Positions 10,000-19,113 of a stretch of 64,000 nucleotides of DNA are shown one piece after another. Both the position numbers and the translations under genes were made by a program. The DNA is from Candidatus Cloacimonadales bacterium. GTDB lineage: Bacteria; Cloacimonadota; Cloacimonadia; Cloacimonadales; JAFGVF01. Under the pieces are notes generated by a model. The model was given only the letters and a program-made list of their open reading frames with translations. It did not search any database and was not told where the DNA came from. The stretch covers positions 160,001 to 224,000 of the forward strand of contig OY782781.1 of the NCBI GenBank assembly GCA_963678315.1. Reading direction: 5' to 3'. Each line of letters starts with the position of its first letter. The stretch's first letter is position 1.

Positions 10000-11475
10000 T
10001 TAATAGCTCCCAAATCTTTCATGGAAATCAACAAAATCAATATCTCCACTATAGATGTTTAGGTACAAGATAGGATTATTAGTATTCCTCCAATATATTC
10101 CTTCTTTAGATTCTCCGGAAGATGTAATAATGCTTCGTTTTATCAGTTCATATTCATCACTTAATTTATGATCTTTGTTTGGGTCATTAAATCGTCTTTG
10201 ATAGCTTGTCTTTTCTTTAATATAAGGCTTCAATAATTCAAGTTTGTGAGTAATTATGTTTCGTGCTTGATCTTGGTCAATAAAGCTGTTTCGGTTGATT
10301 TTTAGTTGAGAACAATTAGTAGTTATCTCCAAGCAACTAAACCCTTCATTATAATTCATAATTATCTTGTAAGGTGTTTTATACTCTTTTTGGGAATATA
10401 CTTGATTATAGACAGCAGAGAAGCCATAAGATGTTCTTCTGAGTTGGTCTAAACGGAGTTGATTTCTATCAACATCTAATTGCTTTATCACCTTTTGCAA
10501 AAGAGATTCATAGAAGTTTAACCAGTCTTCTTTACTTTTCCTTTGTGGTATTACAATATTTTGAAAATCGCCTAAGAAAGACCAATATCTACTTGCTGGA
10601 TTATATGATATGATTCCATCAAAAGCTGTTGCCTTTTCAAAATCCTTGATATACTTTTTAATCTGGGGATAATCATCATTCTTAAATGAAGTTACATTCT
10701 TACCATCAAACTTTGATATTGTTCCCATCTTTAGCTTATCTGTATCTATTTTCCCATCTAAAACACTAATAAGCATGCTGTTTCTTCCTTTTACTAACCA
10801 AAAGATGCCATTTGAACGCTCATCATGATAACTCATTTCCATTCCGTTATAGACTAATCTAAAAACTAATGTTACTTTCAAATCTTCTAGTGATTCATTA
10901 GTATCACTATTCATTAACTCAGCCACTTCAATATATTTTTCCTTAGCTGCCCTTATGGATACTATCTTCTCAAAGTCAGCAGTTTCTGCTTTAATAGTTC
11001 TATCAGTAATTTGAAAGCTTGTAGAATCTTTGCGATGACTTATTCTAATGCTACCAATACCGTAATATTGAATATTATTAGATACTTGATAAGCCCTTAA
11101 ACTTTGCCCGTACTCAGAATTATATATAGGAGGTGAAAAATCGCTTACTTCAAAAGCTCTATTTTCAAGAAATTTATAGTAGATTTGATACAGCTGTTCA
11201 CGTACATAAGTAGTATCACTATTAACACGTATTGTATCTAAATCTTCAGGAGTGTAATCATAACTTGTTATACTTACATCAAGAGCAGTAGCTGTCTCTT
11301 TCTCATAACTATCAACAACATGCATGAAGCCACTGTAGCCATTATAACCCTTAGGTCTGCTAACTTGCCCCAAAGAAATATCTTGATGATTCTGACTATT
11401 CAATGCTCCAGTATACACTTGACTGTTTAACAGGCTCACAAGAAACAATATAATTGCTAATAACTTGCATTTCAT
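10000..11475 (-). CDS. Secreted hypothetical protein with internal duplication; paralog of 8637-9998
   Basis: Signal peptide MKCKLLAIILFLVSLLNS after AAAGGAG; AFDGI...FLGDFQNIVIP matches AFKGI...FLGNFDDIAIP of neighbour. Confidence 0.72.
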   Translation of the reverse strand: MKCKLLAIILFLVSLLNSQVYTGALNSQNHQDISLGQVSRPKGYNGYSGFMHVVDSYEKETATALDVSITSYDYTPEDLDTIRVNSDTTYVREQLYQIYYKFLENRAFEVSDFSPPIYNSEYGQSLRAYQVSNNIQYYGIGSIRISHRKDSTSFQITDRTIKAETADFEKIVSIRAAKEKYIEVAELMNSDTNESLEDLKVTLVFRLVYNGMEMSYHDERSNGIFWLVKGRNSMLISVLDGKIDTDKLKMGTISKFDGKNVTSFKNDDYPQIKKYIKDFEKATAFDGIISYNPASRYWSFLGDFQNIVIPQRKSKEDWLNFYESLLQKVIKQLDVDRNQLRLDQLRRTSYGFSAVYNQVYSQKEYKTPYKIIMNYNEGFSCLEITTNCSQLKINRNSFIDQDQARNIITHKLELLKPYIKEKTSYQRRFNDPNKDHKLSDEYELIKRSIITSSGESKEGIYWRNTNNPILYLNIYSGDIDFVDFHERFGSY

Positions 11476-11494
11476 ACACACTCCTTTTCTTAAA

Positions 11495-12178
11495 CTACTT
11501 CCTCATCAAATCAGATATGTACTTAGCATACCTGGCAGTTAAGCCCCAAATCTTTTCCTTATCATATTCAAAATAGTAAACATTATATTCTTTTTCACCC
11601 CAAGAACCAATATATCTATCTGGTAAGCCTAGTTTCTCGACAGGTAATAAGTTTTCCATTTCATCTTCTGGAGAAGAAGCTGAGAAGTTCTCTGATTTAA
11701 TAACATACTTATGCATTTTAGAACAAACCAAATCTTCTAATGGAATTGCGAATACTTTGGCTACCTCAGAAGAATTTAGATGCAATGAAGCAAGACTATC
11801 GATCTCTAAAGTACCAATATAAGCATCAATTAACTTACCGTCAGGAGTTATTAAGCGTGGAAGCCTATCAATTATTTTGATCTGAGAGGGAGTAACACCA
11901 AGTTCTTCTGTTGTCTCTCTTATAGCTGTCAGTATCGGGTTTTTAGTCTCAGACTTCTCTACTCTTCCACCAGGAAAACATATCTCGCCACCTTGGGCTA
12001 TTTGCTTTGTTCTCTTCTCAAAAAGTAAAGACCATCTATCGTTGATATTAACTAGTGGTAAAAAGATTGCAGAATGCTTGAATTCATCATAGTTAATAAC
12101 CTCAGGATGATAGCTTAAAAGGGACTTTGTTAGCTTACTCTTTAAATTCTTCATTTTGATAGACAATCTCCCCATCAA
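11495..12178 (-). CDS. Nudix hydrolase, CoA pyrophosphatase subfamily
   Basis: LLFEKR....QGGEICFPGG...AIRETTEELG Nudix box and IWGLTA; real start probably MKNLKSK (12154). Confidence 0.88.
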   Translation of the reverse strand: MMGRLSIKMKNLKSKLTKSLLSYHPEVINYDEFKHSAIFLPLVNINDRWSLLFEKRTKQIAQGGEICFPGGRVEKSETKNPILTAIRETTEELGVTPSQIKIIDRLPRLITPDGKLIDAYIGTLEIDSLASLHLNSSEVAKVFAIPLEDLVCSKMHKYVIKSENFSASSPEDEMENLLPVEKLGLPDRYIGSWGEKEYNVYYFEYDKEKIWGLTARYAKYISDLMRK

Positions 12179-13730
12179 TCATTGTTAGAAGGGATTGAGC
12201 ATTTAACCAATATTCATCTGCTTGATTTTCAAAATCCTCTAACACTACTAAATCAGCAAGATAACCCTCTTTTAAACTTCCTCTTACATTCTCTGAAGCA
12301 GAGCCAATACTTGCCCAGCTTGTGTATCCTTTCAATGCTTGAATTACAGTGAGACATTGATCAGGTCTCCATGATTCTTCATCAGGTGAATTTAAATACT
12401 TTCGACTGATAGCAGAATACACACCTTGGAATGGATTTATCAATTCCACTGGTGCATCAGAACCTAAACCAAGCTTAACCCCATTATTGATTAAATCCTT
12501 AAAACTATAGGTATATTCTTCTACAGACTTCCAAAGTTTCTTTATTGTCGCAATATCGTATCTCATGTGAATCGGTTGAATAGCCACATAGATATTGTTA
12601 TCTGCTAAATTAGCATATTCTTGAGGTCTAACGCATTGGAGATGCTCAATTCTATGTCTAAGCTCTGGAGCATTGGTTTTTGATTTGCTAATAGCAGAGA
12701 TTACTTGATGGCAACACTTATCGCCAATTGCATGAATTGAAGAAGCAATTCCATTGTCTGCTCCCTTCTTTATTATGTTGTATAATTCCTCTTCAGAATA
12801 GATGGAAGTACCATAATTGTCTGTTCCAGTATAAGGCTCATACATTAAAGCTGTTTGCGAGCCTAAAGCACCATCCATAAATATCTTTTGACCACCAATC
12901 TTCAAGAATTCACTTCCTGTGTATGATTTCACACCTCTTTCAATCATTTGGTCAATCATAGCATTTGGAAAATGCCAGCAGAATCTGAATTTAATCCCAT
13001 TATCGATAGTCTTCTCATATAACTTGAATCTATCCTCATTTTCCATTGAATGAACAGCAACCAAACCCATTTTATAGCAATCTTCAATTGTCTCTTTTAT
13101 GGCTTTTAAAGCTATATCTTCAGGATAAGAAGGAACAACTCTATCGATTAACTCCCAAGCTTTCTCATGAGTAAATCCATTAGGTTGACCATCAGCAAAA
13201 CGTCCAATGAATCCACCTTCTGGATCTGGTGTATCTTTACTTATTCCAGCTCTTTCTAAGGCTAAAGAATTACACCACTTAGAATGAAAGTCTTTACTCT
13301 CAAACGAAGCAGGAATATCAGGAAATATTTCATCTAAGAAGTACTTATCAAATCCTTCTAATGATGGAAATATATTCTTGTTCCAACCAGAACCGCCAAC
13401 CCACTGCAAGCTTTCAGGCATTCTTTCTTTATATTTAACTAGAATATCTCTGACTTCTTCCAAACTCTTTGCTGGTGATAAATCCACAGCTACTTTAGTC
13501 TTAGCTAACTCAAAGAAATGTGTATGAGTATCAATCAGACCCGGAATAACAGATCTTCCATCAAGATTTATCTTCTTAACATCATTGATATTATTCTGAA
13601 CTAAATAATCCTTAATTTCTGCATAACTAGCAATTTTCTCAATTGTATTACCTGAAATCAATATTGCTTCAAAAACACTATTAGTGTCATCCATACAATA
13701 AACTTTACCATTATAAAATAGACTTCTCAT
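12135..13730 (-). CDS. Amidohydrolase 3 (YtcJ-like) metal-dependent hydrolase
   Basis: PGLIDTHTH, K.FMDGALGSQTA, IHAIGD, HRIEHLQ, GSDAPVE, GYLADLVVL. Confidence 0.9.
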   Translation of the reverse strand: MRSLFYNGKVYCMDDTNSVFEAILISGNTIEKIASYAEIKDYLVQNNINDVKKINLDGRSVIPGLIDTHTHFFELAKTKVAVDLSPAKSLEEVRDILVKYKERMPESLQWVGGSGWNKNIFPSLEGFDKYFLDEIFPDIPASFESKDFHSKWCNSLALERAGISKDTPDPEGGFIGRFADGQPNGFTHEKAWELIDRVVPSYPEDIALKAIKETIEDCYKMGLVAVHSMENEDRFKLYEKTIDNGIKFRFCWHFPNAMIDQMIERGVKSYTGSEFLKIGGQKIFMDGALGSQTALMYEPYTGTDNYGTSIYSEEELYNIIKKGADNGIASSIHAIGDKCCHQVISAISKSKTNAPELRHRIEHLQCVRPQEYANLADNNIYVAIQPIHMRYDIATIKKLWKSVEEYTYSFKDLINNGVKLGLGSDAPVELINPFQGVYSAISRKYLNSPDEESWRPDQCLTVIQALKGYTSWASIGSASENVRGSLKEGYLADLVVLEDFENQADEYWLNAQSLLTMIDGEIVYQNEEFKE

Positions 13731-13759
13731 ATTATAACCCTCCCTATTGGCAAGATATC

Positions 13760-14509
13760 CTACTTTTCATTCATTAAGAATTTAATGCTCTGATTTATCC
13801 TCATTAATTCTTGATTAGCAAACTCTTCAGTCGCTGAATTAGCATCATAAGGATTATCAAAGAAGCCTTTAAAGCTTCGTTCAAGAACATCAATATAGTT
13901 CATTTTATCTTCTGGAGTATCGATAAAGACAGGAGGATAAAGCTCATACATAAGAATCCAATTCTTTACCATTCTGGCTGTTCTACCATTGCCATCTACA
14001 AAAGGATGAACTCTAACCATTTCGTGATGAAAGTAGATACCCTTTATTTGAGGAGCTTCTATCCTTTCCATATTATATAGAAGATTATCCATTAAAGAGT
14101 AAACCTTATTAGGCTCAGGTGGCATAAAGTCCCCAAACTTAACATCTTTCTTTCTATAATTACTTGGATTTGTAGCAAAAGACTCTGGATCTACAAAGCC
14201 ATGCAGAGTAATAACATCTGAATGACCTTCAAACTGTTGTTTATCAAGTATCTTCTTTAAAATATAATCATAAGCCTTACCAAGATTCTTAACATATTTA
14301 CGAACTTCATTCTTGTTTACTGCTTCATGTTGAGCATTCTTCAGCTTAGTAACTTTTTCTAGATTTTGGTAAGATTTAATAAATTTTCTAAAAATATTCA
14401 TTTTACGCTTAGAATACAGCATATTCCTGTAAACCAGCATCATCAATTCTCTATTCTCTTTTAGTATCTCTTCATCATATTTGAGGGTCGTGGGATCCAT
14501 TATTTTCAT
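13760..14509 (-). CDS. Fic-domain protein
   Basis: Canonical HPFVDGNGRTAR motif. Confidence 0.88.
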   Translation of the reverse strand: MKIMDPTTLKYDEEILKENRELMMLVYRNMLYSKRKMNIFRKFIKSYQNLEKVTKLKNAQHEAVNKNEVRKYVKNLGKAYDYILKKILDKQQFEGHSDVITLHGFVDPESFATNPSNYRKKDVKFGDFMPPEPNKVYSLMDNLLYNMERIEAPQIKGIYFHHEMVRVHPFVDGNGRTARMVKNWILMYELYPPVFIDTPEDKMNYIDVLERSFKGFFDNPYDANSATEEFANQELMRINQSIKFLMNEK

Positions 14510-14512
14510 CTG

Positions 14513-15265
14513 TTAATCTCCCATTAATAAGTCAGAAAGTAAACCACCTCTTCGGGTTTCTCCCTTAGAACTGAATTTAGCAGCAGATAATATTCTATCA
14601 GCTATTCTTGAGAATGGTAATGATTGCAGATAGACTTTTCCTGGACCTTCAACAGTCGCTAAAAATAAACCTTCTCCACCAAACAAGGCATTTTTAAAAC
14701 CACCTACAAACTGAATATCATAATTTATTGAACTAGAGAAAGCAACCAAACATCCTGTATCTACTCTTAGCTTTTCACCAGGAAGTAAGTCTCTTTCTAT
14801 AATTGTTCCGCCTGCATGAATAAAAGCTAAGCCATCACCCATTAACTTTTGCAAGATAAAACCTTCTCCACCAAAAATACCTGCACCTAACTTCTTTGTA
14901 AAAGCTACTTTTACCTCTACCCCTTTGGCAGCACACAAGAAAGCGTCTTTCTGACAGAAGAATTGGTAACCTGGCTGTTGAGCTAAATCTATTGGAATTA
15001 TTCTTCCTGGATAGGGAGCTGAAAAAATTACTTTGCTTTTGTAATGTCCTTCATTAACAAAATTAGTAATAAAGAAGCTCTCTCCTGTGAACATTCTAGA
15101 TAATCCTTTTAAAATACCGCCATTAGTACTTGTGTACATCTGTATACCATCTTCCATTGAGAGCATCGCCCCCACTTCTGCCAAAACCGCTTCATTAGGA
15201 TCTAGTTCAATCTCAACTGCCTGAAAATCATCACCATATATCCTATAATCTATCACATCTGCCAT
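14513..15265 (-). CDS. TIGR00266/AIM24 family protein
   Basis: AEVGAM, GESFFIT.F, FGGEGFILQKL, VDTGCLVAF, GPGKVYLQSLP. Confidence 0.9.
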   Translation of the reverse strand: MADVIDYRIYGDDFQAVEIELDPNEAVLAEVGAMLSMEDGIQMYTSTNGGILKGLSRMFTGESFFITNFVNEGHYKSKVIFSAPYPGRIIPIDLAQQPGYQFFCQKDAFLCAAKGVEVKVAFTKKLGAGIFGGEGFILQKLMGDGLAFIHAGGTIIERDLLPGEKLRVDTGCLVAFSSSINYDIQFVGGFKNALFGGEGLFLATVEGPGKVYLQSLPFSRIADRILSAAKFSSKGETRRGGLLSDLLMGD

Positions 15266-15287
15266 ATTATTCTCCTTTTCACATCAT

Positions 15288-15866
15288 CTATGCTATTATT
15301 AAATAAAGCACTTGGTTATATATTCCAATTATTGCAAAACAGGCAAGGTTAAACCACATGAAATACTTGTGCACATACCTGTTATAATAGCTCTCAACCA
15401 ATTCTAAATCTATCTTTTTATCAAGCAAATCAATTTTACTTGATACTTGATAATATTCGTACATATAAGGAATAAAAGTTCTTAGAAATTGAGAGCATAA
15501 ATCTTTGATAAAAAAGGCAACAGCATTCTTTATCCATTGTATTGCAGACTGAGGTAAATATTTAATTGAATTTATCTTATCTAATCCATTATATATTTTA
15601 TTGTAGACTTTTCTTTCCCAATTATAGATGTATCCCCTGTGTGAATCAAGATCATCGACCTGGTCTAAATAATCCTTAACCGTACCCCTTATTTTGTTCA
15701 TTACATAAGATTTACCTTTAATAATTAACCCTGGTGTTAGAATATTCTTCTTTCTAAATATATATCTCTGTTTCTTATTGAATAATAACCATCTTATTAG
15801 CCATACCCAGGACGCACCATATAGTAGGTTGATTGCTAGAAATAATAATGATAATAGAAAAGTCAT
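15288..15866 (-). CDS. Membrane protein, DUF445-like
   Basis: N- and C-terminal TM helices; WLLF...TPGLI resembles the DUF445 N-terminus; ATG 15866 follows AAGGAG. Confidence 0.6.
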   Translation of the reverse strand: MTFLLSLLFLAINLLYGASWVWLIRWLLFNKKQRYIFRKKNILTPGLIIKGKSYVMNKIRGTVKDYLDQVDDLDSHRGYIYNWERKVYNKIYNGLDKINSIKYLPQSAIQWIKNAVAFFIKDLCSQFLRTFIPYMYEYYQVSSKIDLLDKKIDLELVESYYNRYVHKYFMWFNLACFAIIGIYNQVLYLIIA

Positions 15867-16019
15867 TCTCAACTCCTTAAAAATTTACCGTCTAGATTAT
15901 CTATATCTAAATTTAATCAAAATCACATAATACACAATAATTACTCTATTCTACACTTAAAATCATCTTTTTGATAGTGTCAATAGATTATTGTCTTTTT
16001 TACTAGAAGAGTAGGGAAA

Positions 16020-16191
16020 TAGTGAGTAGTGAGTAGTGAGAAGTGAGTAGTGAGGGTTAAGTATACTGAGATCGCCAGCCTCCGAGCTGGCTTCACTTAG
16101 AACCTAGTGATAAGTGAATATGTTGAGAATGCAGGATTAAGAGCAATCCGACTGGAATGCTTTTTCGCAGTCAGGGATGACTGCAATCCTA
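16020..16191. repeat. Intergenic repeat cluster: ~5x heptamer (tagtgag) plus REP-like palindromes
   Basis: tagtgagtagtgagtagtgagaagtgagtagtgag; gccagc-ctccga-gctggc; tttttc-gcagtca-ggga-tgactgc-aatccta at 16161-16191. Confidence 0.7.
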
Positions 16192-16265
16192 ATACAAGTG
16201 AGGCATAGACATAAGCTTGCAAGCCTATATTTATTCTTTCAAACAGAACTATAATCTATAAAGTT

Positions 16266-17915
16266 TTAGAAGTTATCAACAAATAAAGTATCTATCCTCA
16301 TAGTTTCAAAATCCCAATAGCGCATTGTACTTGGATATATGTATTCATCTTTTAGATATTTTTTTACAGCATCTTCCGATATATAATTATCTTTAATGTA
16401 TAATTTTACTTCATTAATAAATTTATCATGTAGAATAGGCTGAAAGTTAACAAAAGATGTATCTAAGCGAAGATTGTATCTCCTTTTTCTTAATATTTTC
16501 ATTTCCAAGTACATAAATCCTTCCATAATATTTATTTTACCAATTGTATCCATCCATTGCTCTCCTACGCTTAGCAAGTTAAAGATAGACTTTTGAGGAT
16601 AGAAATAACCATCGACTGTTTGCAGACTATCTTGTATTGGTGCCATACAAATTTCTTCTTCCCATCTTCTATCATTATCAAATACCCTTTTACCATTAAT
16701 ATACATTAATATAGCGCTTTTATCTAGACTAAGTATATTATTCACTCCCCCAGCAAAGACATCGACTACCCCATCATTATCAATATCTTTAGCAGCAATA
16801 GAATCTATATGTCCTGCATTCATTACTTGGTATAAGAAATTTCCTTTATTATCTATCACTGTCAGAAAAGCTGGCCACCATGGTATATGATTATAAGCAA
16901 CTATAAGCTCCTTATGTCCATCATTATTTATATCAACACTTTTCATCTGTTTTATATAATAGTTTTTTGAGAAATCATGAACCTTTTTATCAAATGGGGT
17001 CTTCCAAATTAATGAACCTTCATAATCATAACAAGATATTTGAGCTAAGTTGGAATTAGATTCTTCTTCAATATTACCAATTATAACTTCATTAATACCA
17101 TCACTTTGGATATCTGTAATAATAATGTTACCTTTCCTAATCTTATCTATTTGTGGCATTTTCTTACGCCACAATAACTCATCCTTGAAATTATAAATTC
17201 TAAGTTCTGAATTAAGACTATCGATAGTATAATTATATGGGTTTCTATTTTTGAATAGTGATATTAATTGATTAGGAAAAAAAACGTATATTACAAAGAA
17301 CAAAATAATAATAAGGGACACAGTAACAAGTGCCCTAATCTTAAAACTACATTTGCTATTTACTTGCTTGCATTTAACCTCTTCGGTAGCTTCACCCAAA
17401 ACTTTGTAAAGTATGTGCTTTTCTTTGATATTTTTAAATTCTTTTGCCCCAATCTTTATCGTGGAAAGAGAAATGCTATTTTCGACCATCTTATAAACAT
17501 CATGTGATATGAATATTGAATCTGAATCTGCGTTACTTTCAATATGGGAAGCAATATTTACTGTGTTTCCTAGAATATCATTTTCCTTAATAAAGATTTC
17601 ACCAATATGGATACCAATCCTTAAATGCCACTTATTTTTTCTTTCTTTGTTAACCACGAGAACTTCATCCATTATTGCAATAGCGCAACGAACGGCATCA
17701 ACCGAACTATAAAAATATGATAAGGTTCCATCCCCCATATCCTTTACTAGCACACCATCAAATTGATCGACATACTTAGAAACTATTGATAAATGTTCTT
17801 CAGAAATTTTTATCCCTTCTCTTAGGTTCTCTTGTGAAATCTTTGAAGAGCTAACAATATCTGTAAACATCACAGATTTTGTTCTGGTCTTAATATTGTT
17901 CAAAATAACCTCCAC
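16266..17915 (-). CDS. Class III adenylate cyclase domain + transmembrane helix + extracytoplasmic FG-GAP-like repeat domain
   Basis: MFTDIVSS, KDMGDG, LRIGIHIGE, DILGNTVNIAS; TM segment ALVTVSLIIILFFVIYVFF; DIQSDGINEVII, DINNDGHKELIV, DIDNDGVVDVFA repeats. Confidence 0.85.
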   Translation of the reverse strand: MEVILNNIKTRTKSVMFTDIVSSSKISQENLREGIKISEEHLSIVSKYVDQFDGVLVKDMGDGTLSYFYSSVDAVRCAIAIMDEVLVVNKERKNKWHLRIGIHIGEIFIKENDILGNTVNIASHIESNADSDSIFISHDVYKMVENSISLSTIKIGAKEFKNIKEKHILYKVLGEATEEVKCKQVNSKCSFKIRALVTVSLIIILFFVIYVFFPNQLISLFKNRNPYNYTIDSLNSELRIYNFKDELLWRKKMPQIDKIRKGNIIITDIQSDGINEVIIGNIEEESNSNLAQISCYDYEGSLIWKTPFDKKVHDFSKNYYIKQMKSVDINNDGHKELIVAYNHIPWWPAFLTVIDNKGNFLYQVMNAGHIDSIAAKDIDNDGVVDVFAGGVNNILSLDKSAILMYINGKRVFDNDRRWEEEICMAPIQDSLQTVDGYFYPQKSIFNLLSVGEQWMDTIGKINIMEGFMYLEMKILRKRRYNLRLDTSFVNFQPILHDKFINEVKLYIKDNYISEDAVKKYLKDEYIYPSTMRYWDFETMRIDTLFVDNF

Positions 17916-18097
17916 GAACTAAATTAATTTTTGAAACAAGTATTAAATTCAAAATCATTTTAGCTTCATTATTTGGCAAGTTATTTTTAACATTCATAAA
18001 ACATTTTACTTTTGCAAAGTTTACTATAGACAAACATTAATCTACTTATAATCTAGGAATTGAGTATGTCACTAGCTTAAACTTACTACTTACTGAA

Positions 18098-18146
18098 GCA
18101 CCACCTGCATTAAAATGTCATTTAATGCAGGAGACGCAAGGGCAAT
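18098..18146. repeat. Palindrome cctgcat...atgcagg (REP-like family A variant)
   Basis: cctgcattaaaatgtcatttaatgcagg; related copies at 37545-37598 and 46620-46653. Confidence 0.68.
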
Positions 18147-18296
18147 AAGCAATATTAATACAATTATTAATGAATTCAGCCTACACTCATCTTTTGTAAA
18201 ATAAATGAATTAGTCTATCCTGATATTTGTAGTATTGTTAGTTGTTTATAAATCTTATTGTTGTAATATTTGGGTTAATAAAATAGATTCTTTGAA

Positions 18297-18323
18297 CAAA
18301 AAAAGCCTAGCAAAAGCTAGGCT
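18297..18323 (-). terminator. Rho-independent terminator of the tRNA cluster
   Basis: agcctagc-aaaa-gctaggct hairpin preceded by an A-run on + (U-tract on -). Confidence 0.75.
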
Positions 18324-18338
18324 AAAATGTATATCAAC

Positions 18339-18416
<78 letters not shown>

Positions 18417-18462
18417 CAGTGTAATATTTAAAAAAGCCAACTATAAAGTTGGCTAAAATCTA

Positions 18463-18538
18463 TGGTGGGCGCAGAGGGACTTGAACCCCCGACCACTTGC
18501 TTGTAAGGCAAGAGCTCTCCCAACTGAGCTATACGCCC
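18463..18538 (-). tRNA. tRNA-Val(TAC)
   Basis: GGGCGTATAGCTCAGTTGGGAGAGCTCTTGCCTTACAAGCAAG...GTTCAAGTCCC...ACCA. Confidence 0.96.
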
Positions 18539-18572
18539 GGATAATTAGATAATAAATATTGCTTCAAAAAGA

Positions 18573-18648
18573 TGGTGGGCGCAGAGGGACTTGAACCCCC
18601 GACCACTTGCTTGTAAGGCAAGAGCTCTCCCAACTGAGCTATACGCCC
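18573..18648 (-). tRNA. tRNA-Val(TAC), identical copy
   Basis: Same sequence as 18463-18538. Confidence 0.96.
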
Positions 18649-18686
18649 AATATTTATTATCACACTATACGTTATTAAAATCTATC

Positions 18687-18765
<79 letters not shown>

Positions 18766-18885
18766 TCCGGATATGTACAATCACTTTTATATTTAGTGAT
18801 ATTCTTGTCAATACTTATTTTTAAAGTTTTTTTCTTTTAGAATTAACAATATTCATATCTGACTATTTTTAAAACAGATAGAATA

Positions 18886-19113
18886 TTAATATTTCTTCAA
18901 GAAATTTAACACATGATCTGCTTCAGAAGAATAATCTTCAGCAACTTGGACTTCAATTAGGTTTTTGGTCTTATCAACTGTAGAATAATTAAAAGCTCCT
19001 TCCCATGATTCTAAGACATAGCAGAAGACAATTTGATCCTTAGGAGCAATCTCAATAGTTAAGACTATAACCTTTTCATCAGTTATTCTTCTATCAATTA
19101 TGTTAAACTTCAT
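18886..19113 (-). CDS. Small conserved protein, DUF4911-like
   Basis: FCYVLESWEG motif; start overlaps lon stop codon. Confidence 0.65.
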   Translation of the reverse strand: MKFNIIDRRITDEKVIVLTIEIAPKDQIVFCYVLESWEGAFNYSTVDKTKNLIEVQVAEDYSSEADHVLNFLKKY

